A stretch of 64,000 nt of DNA. Origin: Clostridia bacterium (GTDB lineage: Bacteria > Bacillota > Clostridia > Christensenellales > UMGS416). Positions 17,007-26,471 of this stretch are shown here, in pieces. The notes under the pieces are model-generated. The model was given only the letters and a program-made list of their open reading frames with translations, had not been told where the DNA came from and ran no database searches. The stretch's first letter is position 1, and every line of letters starts with the position of its first letter. The stretch lies in NCBI GenBank assembly GCA_016938675.1, contig JAFGUF010000014.1, forward strand, positions 6,668-70,667, written 5' to 3'. Both the position numbers and the translations under genes were made by a program.

Positions 17007-17852
17007 CTATACCAATTCCTGCATAAACTCCGTGATAACTGACATTGGCGTTTCCCTATCCAGCAGCGGAGTATGATCCCGCAGGACAGGATGCTTTTTG
17101 TGGTATGTATCAAGCGGCACTGAATACAATACGCCTGTGGGGATTTTATCGCCCCATTCCATGGCTCTATTCATAGCTGCCGCTTTGTCCGTTGCGTCGT
17201 AGGATTCATCCAATATGTATACCCTGTCACTGTAATATTTATAGGTATTGACTTTGTTGAAGCTAACGCACGGCTGCAAAATATCAACCAGAGCGTAGCC
17301 ATCATATTCAATTGCCTGCTTCATCAGGCTGACTAAGTGCTCCTGATTGCCCACGAACCCGCGCGCCACGAATCCCGCTCCTGCGGACAACGCCATAAGC
17401 ACTGGATTAATAGGCGTGACTATATGCCCGAATGGCTGCGTAGGCGTGACCTGACCCTCGGCTGTTGTCGGCGAGGCCTGCCCCTTTGTCAGCCCGTATA
17501 TCTGATTGTCATGCACAAAGTGGGTGATGTCCACATTGCGCCTGATATTATGTATAAAGTGGTTGCCGCCCTCGCCGTAGGAGTCTCCGTCGCCGGTGCT
17601 TACTATTACGGTGAGCTTAGTGTTGGCTATCTTCGCCGCAGCAGCAGGCGGAAGTGACCTTCCGTGCAGCCCGCAGAAACTGTTTGCATTGATATACTGC
17701 GGTATCTTCGCTGCCTGCCCTATGCCTGCCGCCATCAGCACCTCTTCGGGGGATTTATTCAGCTCCTCCAATGCCGTCTTCAGGCACTTGATAAGGCTGA
17801 AGTTCCCACAGCCCGGGCACCACGCTGTCTCATATGTCTCAAATGTGCTCAT
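17007..17852 (-). CDS. 2-oxoacid:ferredoxin oxidoreductase, beta (TPP-binding) subunit
   Basis: ...WCPGCGNF... at the N-terminus and GDGD..GEGGNHF, the TPP motif. 281 aa. Confidence 0.85.
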   Translation of the reverse strand: MSTFETYETAWCPGCGNFSLIKCLKTALEELNKSPEEVLMAAGIGQAAKIPQYINANSFCGLHGRSLPPAAAAKIANTKLTVIVSTGDGDSYGEGGNHFIHNIRRNVDITHFVHDNQIYGLTKGQASPTTAEGQVTPTQPFGHIVTPINPVLMALSAGAGFVARGFVGNQEHLVSLMKQAIEYDGYALVDILQPCVSFNKVNTYKYYSDRVYILDESYDATDKAAAMNRAMEWGDKIPTGVLYSVPLDTYHKKHPVLRDHTPLLDRETPMSVITEFMQELV

Positions 17853-19510
17853 TATTCAGCCTCCTTGCTTAATCTATCTATTATTTCATCCGCCGTAATC
17901 TGGCGTCCGTCATACTTCAATATTTTTTCGTCCATCTCAATTCCTGTATATTCGCGGATAATCCCTGCAAGCTGTCCTGTGGCGTTCTGCTCGACAGCAA
18001 TGATCTTCTTCGCTGCGGCTGCCTTTTCCCTGAGCAGCTTCTCAGGCAGCGGGTATACATCGCCGAAAACCAGCGCTGCGTATTTGCCGCCTGCTTCATT
18101 CAGCTTCTCGACAGCTTCTAGTATTGAGCCGTATGTGCTGCCCCATCCGACTATGAGGTTTTCGAAATTATTATCGCCCAAAAAGTCCGGCTCTATGAGC
18201 TCAGTTTTAAGCAGCTCCAATTTCTTTGCGCGCTTTTCAACCATTGCGTTTCGCACCTCGGCAGACTCCGTTATGCGCCCGTGCTCGTCGTGCTCATCGC
18301 TGTCTGCTGCTACAAGGTGCTTTGATTTGCCGGGTATCAGCCTGGGCGATATTCCGCTGTCTGTCAGCTTATATCGCAGGTATTCTCCTTTAACTTCTGA
18401 TGCGGGAGATGCTGTATTAATACCGGATGTATCAAACATTTTTACGGATGCCGTTGCGTCGCCCAAAAACTGGTCACTTAGTATTATTACGGGTATCTGG
18501 TATTTCTCCGCCATGTCAAATGCCCTTACTGTCTGGTAGAATGCATCCTCATGATTGCGGACCGCTATAACCATACGTGGGAATTCGCCCTGCGAAGCAG
18601 ACACCACAAATTTCAGATCGCTCTGCTCTGTACGTGTAGGCAGGCCCGTTGCCGGCCCCGGCCTCTGCACATTAGCAATTACAACCGGTATCTCAGCTAT
18701 TCCGGCGAGCCCTAGCGCCTCTACCATCAGCGAAAATCCGCCGCCTGATGTGCCAGTCATGGCTCTTGCCCCTGCAAAGGATGCGCCAATTGCCATGTTT
18801 ATGGCGGCAATTTCGTCCTCCGCCTGCTCCACCACTATGCCCGCACGCTCCGCCTTCGAGGCGACATATACCATTATAGATGTGGATGGGGACATCGGAT
18901 AGGCGCAGTAGAACCTTAGCCCTGCGGCTATAGCGCCCAGCCCTATGGCCTGATTGCCAGATAGTATCATGCAGTCTGCATATTTCCCCGGCTTGGCTTC
19001 GTATCTTTTTTTGGCCAGCTCGTATCCCTTGCTTATGGCCTGCATATTAATATCTACGTATTTTTCGTCCAGTTCATCCTGTAGTACTTCCTTGGCATTA
19101 TCCAGCGTATCGCCGAAAATCTTCAGCACTGCGCCTGCGGCGACAGTTCCTGCTACGCGGGAATTGCCTATGTCTTTAGCAATTGACTTCATGGATACTC
19201 TTATTATCCGCTCATCGTTTGATTCTATATCCTCATCGCAGAGTATGAATCCGCCCTCTGTAAGCTTATCTTTATGAATATCTATGGTTTCGCCTGCCAG
19301 TGCGATTATTCCGTCAATTTTATAACTGTGGGAAAATGATGCTGTGCTTCCGAATCGTAAAAGCGAAAAGTTGTGGCCTCCGCGCACGCGGGACATAAAA
19401 TCACGTGATGTGAAGATATGGTAACCTGATTTCTTAAGCAGCTTTTCGAGGATGCTGACCATTGTGTCAATGCCCTGCCCTGCGGCCCCGCCGATTAATA
19501 AATTATACAC
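17852..19510 (-). CDS. 2-oxoacid:ferredoxin oxidoreductase, fused gamma-alpha subunit
   Basis: N-terminal GGAAGQGIDT (gamma-type) followed by an alpha-type domain. Its stop overlaps the beta-subunit start by 1 nt. Confidence 0.85.
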   Translation of the reverse strand: MYNLLIGGAAGQGIDTMVSILEKLLKKSGYHIFTSRDFMSRVRGGHNFSLLRFGSTASFSHSYKIDGIIALAGETIDIHKDKLTEGGFILCDEDIESNDERIIRVSMKSIAKDIGNSRVAGTVAAGAVLKIFGDTLDNAKEVLQDELDEKYVDINMQAISKGYELAKKRYEAKPGKYADCMILSGNQAIGLGAIAAGLRFYCAYPMSPSTSIMVYVASKAERAGIVVEQAEDEIAAINMAIGASFAGARAMTGTSGGGFSLMVEALGLAGIAEIPVVIANVQRPGPATGLPTRTEQSDLKFVVSASQGEFPRMVIAVRNHEDAFYQTVRAFDMAEKYQIPVIILSDQFLGDATASVKMFDTSGINTASPASEVKGEYLRYKLTDSGISPRLIPGKSKHLVAADSDEHDEHGRITESAEVRNAMVEKRAKKLELLKTELIEPDFLGDNNFENLIVGWGSTYGSILEAVEKLNEAGGKYAALVFGDVYPLPEKLLREKAAAAKKIIAVEQNATGQLAGIIREYTGIEMDEKILKYDGRQITADEIIDRLSKEAE

Positions 19511-19608
19511 AAAAACTCCTCCTGTTCTGTTTTATATTACAATAATACTATTGCATGGATATATTTGCAATTAGATTATAACCTTGTATGATCTGTGTTA
19601 TATAGTAA

Positions 19609-19645
19609 TACCCCGCATTGAGCTTGGTTAATCAATGCGGGGTAT
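19609..19645 (-). terminator. hairpin downstream of the SGNH gene (weak T-tract)
   Basis: taccccgcattg-agcttggttaat-caatgcggggta has a 12-bp stem. Confidence 0.4.
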
Positions 19646-19684
19646 AATATATTAAAGTGTTGAGTTCATCATTTGCCTGCAGGC

Positions 19685-20869
19685 TTATTCGAATATTTTT
19701 TCCGCCGCAGCTTCCGCCATTTTCTTTCCTCCGGTTTCATTTGGGTGCAGTCCGTCGCCTAAGTGGCAGTCATCCTGCATTTCGTCATGCTTGTCCTGCT
19801 TTCTTACTGCCAGGTCAAAATCAATTACTCCGTCGGTAATCATCTGCTTTTTTATCCACTCATTTGCACAGCTGCGCAGGTTTTCTGTTTTCTGGTGCCA
19901 GCTCTCGCTGCCGGATATAAAAGGAGTAAGCGTTCCAAAATATACCTTGCTCCCGTGGCTGCATGCAATATCTGCAATCTTTGCCATGCCGGAGATGTAT
20001 TCTTCCGAGGTCACTTCCTCGTCAGGATGATTCAAAGCGTAAGGATGCGTAAAGTCATTAATGCCAATAAGCACAACTAATTTATCCACGCTCCCTGATG
20101 AATAGACATCCTTTTCGAATCTTTGTACGCCTGCCATGCCGAATATTGTGCCGCCGCCCGGTATCTCCTCCACGCGGCTGTAATCCTTCAGCAGCCTGTT
20201 GCCGCCGATGCCCCTGTTGAGCACGGTCACTTCACAGGGATATTTATTGTAAAGTATCTCTATTAGTGGGTCGCTGTAATATGACATATGCGTTATAGAA
20301 TCCCCGAAAAGTGCAATTGTTTTTACAGCCTTATTAGTTAAAACCATAACTTCCGAGAAGCCAAACAGCACAGTCGGTTTGTTTTCATCCATATTGAGTG
20401 ATGGGAATGCATCAATGCTTTCTAAGCCATGTAAAGCAGGCTCTTTTGTGAAGTCTCCACCGCTTTCAAAGGATGAATGCCAGCTCTTAGCATTCCATGT
20501 GGAGCACACGGAATAGATATCTGTGCTCTGCTTTACATATATGGATATAACTATTTCGTCGCCGCTGCCGATTGCAATGCTTGCTTCATCGCTGTAGAAT
20601 TCCTCCCCGGCGCCCACGGTTATTTTCCCGCTGCCGTCTTTTGTGACGGGAGTAATGCCGGTGACCTCATCTGTGCCGGGCTCTCTTTTACCCATAGTGA
20701 CGCTTTCAAAAACAAGAGGGTGCTTTGAATACAGATTGGTAAACTTAATCTTTGCTCTGTTTCCTTCAATATTGTTTTTTAAAAATACCCTTTGAGTTGT
20801 GTTGGTGAGTGTGCCGATATTAGAATTAAAATCAATAGGCACATAGCTCCACGCTGTTTTCCATTCCAT
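19685..20869 (-). CDS. SGNH/GDSL-family hydrolase with an N-terminal beta-sandwich-like domain
   Basis: The SGNH blocks are present: LFGDSITH, GIGGNRL, LIGINDF and DGLHPN. Confidence 0.75.
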   Translation of the reverse strand: MEWKTAWSYVPIDFNSNIGTLTNTTQRVFLKNNIEGNRAKIKFTNLYSKHPLVFESVTMGKREPGTDEVTGITPVTKDGSGKITVGAGEEFYSDEASIAIGSGDEIVISIYVKQSTDIYSVCSTWNAKSWHSSFESGGDFTKEPALHGLESIDAFPSLNMDENKPTVLFGFSEVMVLTNKAVKTIALFGDSITHMSYYSDPLIEILYNKYPCEVTVLNRGIGGNRLLKDYSRVEEIPGGGTIFGMAGVQRFEKDVYSSGSVDKLVVLIGINDFTHPYALNHPDEEVTSEEYISGMAKIADIACSHGSKVYFGTLTPFISGSESWHQKTENLRSCANEWIKKQMITDGVIDFDLAVRKQDKHDEMQDDCHLGDGLHPNETGGKKMAEAAAEKIFE

Positions 20870-20900
20870 TTAACTACCTTTTTATTACCCTTTCACTTTT

Positions 20901-22364
20901 TTATATATAGTATTTATCTATTTTATCATCAATGCTGTATTCAATAAAGGCTTCATTTTTATCTTTATCTACATTAAGTGTGCTTATATGTCCATTGTTG
21001 CTCCACTTTAAAATCAGCACCTTTTCAGACGCTTCCACCACGGAGAATTCGCCGTCAAAGCTTTCGTTGTTATTTCTGAAATTGATTAGCCTTATCAGCC
21101 TCTTGACTACATCCCTTTCAAGCTCTGTTTTTATTTCATCCATAGAATAGTTATAGCGGTTTATCTCCCTGCCGTCACCAGTTTTTTTGGCTCTCTCGTA
21201 TACATTGGCTCCTGCCAGCGCGCCAACATAGTATACCTGCGGTATGCCCGGGGTGAAGAACTGAATCGCCCTCGCCAGAATATAATCGTCGTCGTCCTCG
21301 CCCAGTATTGAGTATATTGTGCCGCGAATCTGGTGCACGTCAAACCCTCCCTCCAGCTTGTGGGCATCCGATACCACCTTGCTCAGGTTTGAGCCTCTGC
21401 TTAATGCAATATCCACCACTTTCTTTGCGCTCTTTGCATCCACCAAATCGTTTAGATCCGGTATCACGGGCACGCCGTCGTGGCAGTCCAGCATGGTGAA
21501 CTGCTTTTTTGGCCTTACTTTCAGGTAATCACCCAAAGCAGTAAAATCACCAATCATAATGGCTTCCAGTATCCTGTAGGGAAGTATAAAGTCGTATATC
21601 CATGCGCCCCTTTGCGCCAGCTTATTCTGGATGGAATAATGCGAGTGCACCTCCGGCAATAGCTCTAGCCCGTGTTTTTCAGCGACGGAGAATATCCAGT
21701 CGAGAAACTCATATATTTCCGGCTCTACGAAAAAGCACGATGTGCCCATTTTCTTTATCACATATCCAATAGCGTCAAGTCGCACTATCTTTATGCCATT
21801 GCGGCTGAAATTGCCGAGGATGCTATCGAACATTTCCCTTGCGTCCTGCGAATTAACATCCACGTCTATCTGCTCTGACGGCTCAGTTTTCCCGAATGTC
21901 GTCCATAGCTTTGCCTTGGTGCCGCCTTTCATTTCATACTCTGAATACGGGTGCACCCTGCGCAGAAAAATCTTTGATAGGTCCTCCTCAACAGGCACGC
22001 CATCCGGCCATATTTTATCAAGGGTTATAAATAAATCCTTGTATTGTGATTCATTCCCCTTCTCAAGGAAATCCTTAAAATACTCAGACTGCCTTGAAAT
22101 ATGGTTTACCATCAGATCAATAACTATATCATGGGTTTTCGCGATAGATTTTATGTCTTCCCAGTCGCCGAAGTTTTGCTCAATCCTAAAGTAATCAATG
22201 GGCGCAAAGCCCCTGTCGCCTGACGAAGGAAAAGGCGGAAGTATGTGCACTCCGCCTTTAAATACATCTTTCATTGAATCATTGAGGACTGTGTTTAGCT
22301 TTTCCAAGTCCCCTCCTAATGAATCGGCGTACGTAATCAGCTGTACTTTATTTTTTACTGCCAT
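20901..22364 (-). CDS. GH13_18 sucrose-phosphorylase-family glycoside phosphorylase
   Basis: MAVKNKVQLITYAD... parallels B. adolescentis sucrose phosphorylase MKNKVQLITYAD (recalled). Catalytic blocks VRLDAIGY, LPEVHS and LDCHDG are present. I prefer the start at M8 of the track ORF. Confidence 0.8.
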   Translation of the reverse strand: MAVKNKVQLITYADSLGGDLEKLNTVLNDSMKDVFKGGVHILPPFPSSGDRGFAPIDYFRIEQNFGDWEDIKSIAKTHDIVIDLMVNHISRQSEYFKDFLEKGNESQYKDLFITLDKIWPDGVPVEEDLSKIFLRRVHPYSEYEMKGGTKAKLWTTFGKTEPSEQIDVDVNSQDAREMFDSILGNFSRNGIKIVRLDAIGYVIKKMGTSCFFVEPEIYEFLDWIFSVAEKHGLELLPEVHSHYSIQNKLAQRGAWIYDFILPYRILEAIMIGDFTALGDYLKVRPKKQFTMLDCHDGVPVIPDLNDLVDAKSAKKVVDIALSRGSNLSKVVSDAHKLEGGFDVHQIRGTIYSILGEDDDDYILARAIQFFTPGIPQVYYVGALAGANVYERAKKTGDGREINRYNYSMDEIKTELERDVVKRLIRLINFRNNNESFDGEFSVVEASEKVLILKWSNNGHISTLNVDKDKNEAFIEYSIDDKIDKYYI

Positions 22365-22390
22365 CTTTTCTCCTAACAGCAACAATCATA

Positions 22391-23044
22391 TTATTGCTTT
22401 ATGATAACTTCGTAATCCTTTGTAATTACGATATCCGCAAGGTACTTATGCCCCGCTATGATCTTGTGCTCGGTTTTTAATACGTCCTCTATAAACGGGT
22501 CGCCGACTTCGCTGCCTCTGTTTCTCTTCTGCCTGTGCTCCAATGTATCCAGCCTGTTCCTGTTTATAAAGACTCTGCAGTCAACCTTTCTTAAAAGCGC
22601 TGTGTATGTGCCCTCCAGTATCAGCACATCTACATCCTTCAGAGAAACTGTTTCGGTTTCCTCTTTATTTTCATCGTAGCTTATCAGTGGCTTTATTATG
22701 CTTTCCTCGCCGCCCAAAGCCGCCTGAATGTGGCTGTTTAGCAAATCCATCTTCACCTCCGCATGAGGCCCCAGCCAGGAGCTGTCCTCCCTGCGCTTTG
22801 CGTCGTTGGATTTTGGCGGCAGCACAAAGTAATCATCCTGCCCTAATACTGCGCACTTTATGCCATGGTTAAATAGCTCATCGCTTATGGCTTTTGCAGT
22901 CTCTGATTTGCCGCTGCCTGATTCGCCCGACACCGTAATAATATACCGCCTATTTTTGCTTTTTATATCCAGCAGCAATGCCTGTGCAATTTTATTTCCC
23001 GCTTCTATATGATGCGGCTCAAGCACTATTATGTCGCCTTTCAT
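22391..23044 (-). CDS. P-loop kinase of the uridine-kinase/PRK-like type
   Basis: Walker A VSGESGSGKSE, then GQDDYF and a hydrophobic-D Walker B (DVLILEG). 217 aa. Confidence 0.6.
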   Translation of the reverse strand: MKGDIIVLEPHHIEAGNKIAQALLLDIKSKNRRYIITVSGESGSGKSETAKAISDELFNHGIKCAVLGQDDYFVLPPKSNDAKRREDSSWLGPHAEVKMDLLNSHIQAALGGEESIIKPLISYDENKEETETVSLKDVDVLILEGTYTALLRKVDCRVFINRNRLDTLEHRQKRNRGSEVGDPFIEDVLKTEHKIIAGHKYLADIVITKDYEVIIKQ

Positions 23045-23149
23045 TTTTGTTAGTCTCCTTGTGTACTATAATTTTCAAATTCATAATATTGAATAAAAAT
23101 TGCTTTTTCCATCCCCCTGAAAGCTTTGCTTTCTTTCCCCCTTTAGCAA

Positions 23150-23440
23150 GGATAATATCTGCCGAAGGCAGGTATTAATGAAATTATACAAGCAGAATAT
23201 TGTTCAGAGTCGCTTCGGCTCCAAGGAAATTGGAGAATGGCATTGAGAAATAGCATATTCTCCGACAAACCTCCCTTGTTAAAGGGACGGCAAGTATGTC
23301 TGCGAGGCAGACTGCGATGGGCGAGAATCACTTTGAAAAAGTGATGCAAGCCGAGACCACGAAGTGGTGGTAGGATTCCTTACATTAAAGCCGAGCCCGC
23401 TTGCGATGGTGGATGGGTTCAAATTTCGCCTAGGCGTTTT
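23150..23440. ncRNA. candidate structured RNA of unknown class in a 400-bp intergenic gap
   Basis: GC-richer than the neighbouring spacers. At least six compact hairpins sit at 23159-23171, 23232-23263, 23272-23287, 23298-23312, 23327-23345 and 23356-23368. Plus-sense loops are GAA/GAG/GAAA. The only listed ORFs are the unconvincing 68-aa 23143..23349 (-) and the 5' end of shadow ORF 23364..23981 (+). Confidence 0.3.
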
Positions 23441-23443
23441 ATT

Positions 23444-23863
23444 TTACTTTATTCTATATATCGTTACTTCCACGCAGTCTTTTGATGCTGCTTTTAGCTC
23501 ACCTGCGTATGTGTCCATTGCAAGGTATGCATACTTCCCATTCATATCGCACAGGAACTTCGGCGTAGTGCGTATCTTGGCGTCTCCTCTTTTCAGATTG
23601 ATATACCCTTCGTTTTCTATGGATATTATCTCGCCGTCATCTGTCTCTATCCAGTACTTGGCGAAGACATGGGCGATTTCCTCGCTCACTTTAGTGTTCC
23701 AGTCCGCGCCGCCCGGGCATACCTTGCCCTTGATACCGGCGCCTTCGAATGTGCCGCCAGTAATAGGAATAATAGTAAGCTCGCCTTCAGGCGTTTGCCC
23801 CACCCTTTTGCTCTCGCCAACTTTAACTAGCAAAGACATCACCCTTTCGCCTGTAAGCTCCAT
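23444..23863 (-). CDS. DUF3237 (UPF0311) family protein
   Basis: 139 aa. ...IPITGGTFEG..IKGKV.PGGADW... is typical of DUF3237 as I recall it. Confidence 0.6.
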   Translation of the reverse strand: MELTGERVMSLLVKVGESKRVGQTPEGELTIIPITGGTFEGAGIKGKVCPGGADWNTKVSEEIAHVFAKYWIETDDGEIISIENEGYINLKRGDAKIRTTPKFLCDMNGKYAYLAMDTYAGELKAASKDCVEVTIYRIK

Positions 23864-23864
23864 A

Positions 23865-24659
23865 TTATTTATCCTCTTGTTTCAGCCAATTAAGCCCGGC
23901 CAGCAGGGATCTATTCCAGAAGTTAAAGTCATGCACGCCGCTTTCGGCCAGCCATTCATGGGCATAGCCAATCTCAGATAAGAACTCATGGTAGTCTTTG
24001 TTTTGCTCATAGAGGAAATCCTCCGTGCCGCAGGCTAAGAATATCTTCGGTGCGTTTGCGCCGATGTTTTTCGCCAGATGCTTCGGGTCCTTGTCGGTGC
24101 CTAGTAGCTTATCCAGTTTGCCGAATGTATGCTCATAGTAGCTGAATGGCGCAATGTGATTAATATCCTCAGGCTTCATGTTGACTATCTGGTCTGTAAT
24201 AAGAGCCGATGAAAGTGCTATTATCGCGCCGAAAGTGTCGCAGTATTTCAGCCCGTTTCGCACTGCGCCGTATCCGCCCATTGAAAGGCCGCCGATTATA
24301 GTATCTTCTCTTTTATCTGACAGTGGGAACATTTTTCTGGTAATTTCAATCAGCTCTTCGCCTATAAATGCGCCGCAAAACTCGCCAGTTGTTTCATTGT
24401 CCAGATAGAATCTGTTGCCTCCATCCGGCATTATCACGGCGTATCCCCTTTGATATGCCCATTCCTCTATTCTGGTTCTCAATAGCCAGTCCATCCTGTT
24501 GCCGGAATACCCGTGCAGCAGGTAAATAGTAGGGAAAGGTCCGCCGCTGTATTTTACAGGTGTGCCGTCAAATAGCATCTGCTCAACAGGCAAAACAGCC
24601 GTAAATGATGTTGCGCCCTTCATGGACTGCGAATAATAGTTAATGCTTAATACTGCCAT
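23865..24659 (-). CDS. alpha/beta-hydrolase esterase (esterase D / CE1-like)
   Basis: Nucleophile elbow GLSMGGYGA. I prefer the start at MAVLSINYY (24659), which has AAGGAG 8 nt upstream. The track ORF extends further into the upstream gene. Confidence 0.7.
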   Translation of the reverse strand: MAVLSINYYSQSMKGATSFTAVLPVEQMLFDGTPVKYSGGPFPTIYLLHGYSGNRMDWLLRTRIEEWAYQRGYAVIMPDGGNRFYLDNETTGEFCGAFIGEELIEITRKMFPLSDKREDTIIGGLSMGGYGAVRNGLKYCDTFGAIIALSSALITDQIVNMKPEDINHIAPFSYYEHTFGKLDKLLGTDKDPKHLAKNIGANAPKIFLACGTEDFLYEQNKDYHEFLSEIGYAHEWLAESGVHDFNFWNRSLLAGLNWLKQEDK

Positions 24660-24688
24660 ATTTTCTCCTTCTTCGATGTACTTCAACT

Positions 24689-25534
24689 CTATAGATATAT
24701 AAATGGTTCCTCGGAATCCACAAATACTACAGGTATGCCGCCCATGAATGATTCCATCCACTTGCCGAGGTGCTTCATCCCAGGCTCCTCGCTGCGCTCA
24801 TGCCCAAGCACCAATATAGCCTTATTCATGCCCATCTGGTATGCATCCCTCACATATGCAGGCAGTGTCCATTCCAGTATCTCGCCGCATATTAATACAT
24901 CCAGCTCTCTATGGCGCATCAGATCCATCGGCATATGCTCAACGCCCAGCCCCAGGCTGCCGCCGCCCGGCAGAACGCCCACTCTTTCAACAGGCATTTC
25001 AGGGTCGCCTATTATCTGCACTACGTCCATATCCATCCTGCTTTTGAAAAGAGCGCTCAGCTCCTTAAGCGAAGTCTTGGGTATCTGATAGCATCCGTCA
25101 AACCTGTCTTTGAGCATAAAGCCATCCGGCGCATTTTTTGATGGAGGCATTCTGTATTGCTTCCAGTCCATCTCATCGTCAAAGCCTCGGAATATGCCGT
25201 CGTCGCTGTCAAAATGCATATGGTCGTGGAATCTCCATATCGTTACTCCGGTTTTCTCAATAAGCTCTTTCTTCTTTTTGTATACTTCATCATTCTGCAG
25301 CCATGATGTATCGTCTGCCCCAGTGAACCATGTCGGCTCATGGGTGATTATCATCTCCGCACCGATTTCAGCAGCTTTCTTTATGACGTCTACAGTTGCC
25401 ATAAAGGTAGAGACAACTTTTGTTACTTCATTGTCAAGGCTGCCGGACATCAGCTTGTCGCAGGTTTTTTCATCAGGCAGGCGGTCTACGCCTGTCTTTT
25501 TAATGATTTCATCTATTATATCTCGTACTGTCAT
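24689..25534 (-). CDS. Nif3-like dinuclear-metal-centre family protein
   Basis: ...IITHEPTWF... and ...VLGHERSEEPGM... motifs. 281 aa. Confidence 0.55.
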   Translation of the reverse strand: MTVRDIIDEIIKKTGVDRLPDEKTCDKLMSGSLDNEVTKVVSTFMATVDVIKKAAEIGAEMIITHEPTWFTGADDTSWLQNDEVYKKKKELIEKTGVTIWRFHDHMHFDSDDGIFRGFDDEMDWKQYRMPPSKNAPDGFMLKDRFDGCYQIPKTSLKELSALFKSRMDMDVVQIIGDPEMPVERVGVLPGGGSLGLGVEHMPMDLMRHRELDVLICGEILEWTLPAYVRDAYQMGMNKAILVLGHERSEEPGMKHLGKWMESFMGGIPVVFVDSEEPFIYL

Positions 25535-25568
25535 TTCCGTTCCTCCGTTCTTTGTATGCCTGCTCCCA

Positions 25569-26462
25569 TTATCCTTTTACGGCTCCCAGCACAACGCCCT
25601 TAATCATATACTGCTGCACAAACGGGAATATAATAAGTATCGGCAGTATTCCAATTATGGCCATTGCCATGCGCACGGATGTGCCCGGCAGGTCTATATT
25701 CTGCGTGCCAAGCAGCGCCGCGTTGGATGCGCTCTTTAGGAACTGTATGTTGTCCATTATCCTAATCAGCAGGTTCTGTATTCCGTACATCTTCGGGTCT
25801 GTTATATAGTACAGTCCGTTTATCCAGTCATTCCAGTAGATAATGCCGGTAAATAAGCTTACCGTAGCAATAACAGGAATAGAAAGCGGCAGCATTATGC
25901 TGAAAAATATGCGTATTTCGCTCGCTCCGTCTATCTGGACAGATTCAATTATCGATTCATGCACCGAGTTCACATAATAGTTTCTTACCAAAAATACATT
26001 AAATGCAGTTACCAGAAAGTTGGGGACTACCAGCGCCCAAATAGTATTTTTAATATGGAATATCTGCGACCACATAATATAGGATGACACGATGCCTCCG
26101 TTAAAGAGCATGGTAAAGAATATAAAGAACGCCATGACGTTTCTCAGCCTGAAGTTCTTCCTCGCCATAGGATAGGCAAGCATTGCTGTAACGAGCACGC
26201 CGATAACCGTTCCAAGGAATGTAACCATGATTGAAATGCCGTAGGCGCGCAATATTGTGGCGCTTTGCCTTACCATATAATAATATGAATCAAGGCTTAA
26301 TTTCGACGGGAAGAATGTATATCCACTGGATATAAGCACGTCTTCGCTGGTTACTGAAGCTACAGCAATAAGTAGGATAGGAAGCAGCGCCAGAACAGAA
26401 ATTACCGACAATACTATCGTTGCAAATTTCCTGAATTGCTTTGTTTCTATGTTTTCTTTCAT
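25569..26462 (-). CDS. carbohydrate ABC transporter permease (LplC-like)
   Basis: Six TM helices and an EAA-like loop (IDGASEIRIFFSIMLPLS). Confidence 0.85.
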   Translation of the reverse strand: MKENIETKQFRKFATIVLSVISVLALLPILLIAVASVTSEDVLISSGYTFFPSKLSLDSYYYMVRQSATILRAYGISIMVTFLGTVIGVLVTAMLAYPMARKNFRLRNVMAFFIFFTMLFNGGIVSSYIMWSQIFHIKNTIWALVVPNFLVTAFNVFLVRNYYVNSVHESIIESVQIDGASEIRIFFSIMLPLSIPVIATVSLFTGIIYWNDWINGLYYITDPKMYGIQNLLIRIMDNIQFLKSASNAALLGTQNIDLPGTSVRMAMAIIGILPILIIFPFVQQYMIKGVVLGAVKG

Positions 26463-26471
26463 GTCTTCCTC

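Noticed and set aside
17337-19277. Many plus-strand ORFs over the oxidoreductase genes (for example 17664..18539, 291 aa)
   Set aside because: These are shadow ORFs antisense to strongly motif-supported genes. Their composition is S/A/P-rich with no motifs. The same reasoning applies to antisense ORFs over 20901-22385, 24689-25739, 30781-32523, 52210-54627 and 56172-59808.
23290-23380. Possible c-di-GMP-I (GEMM-I) or cobalamin riboswitch (GGCGAGA...GAAA...GATGCAAGCCGAG...GGTAGG; aagccgagaccac as a B12-box look-alike)
   Set aside because: Similarity is only loose to the recalled consensus (GGCAAA / GACGCAAAGCC; AGCCAGGAGACCUGCC). The sense strand has no downstream gene to regulate. I kept the region only as an unclassified structured-RNA candidate.
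23392-23419. gagcccgcttgcgatggtggatgggttc resembles the start and end of a group II intron domain V
   Set aside because: The internal bases do not pair into the 34-nt domain V hairpin. No intron-encoded RT and no GUGYG 5' end is nearby.
23364-23981. 205-aa plus-strand ORF spanning the intergenic region and DUF3237 gene
   Set aside because: It is antisense to a well-formed DUF3237 ORF and to the esterase 3' end. The sequence is low-information S/P/F-rich with no RBS.
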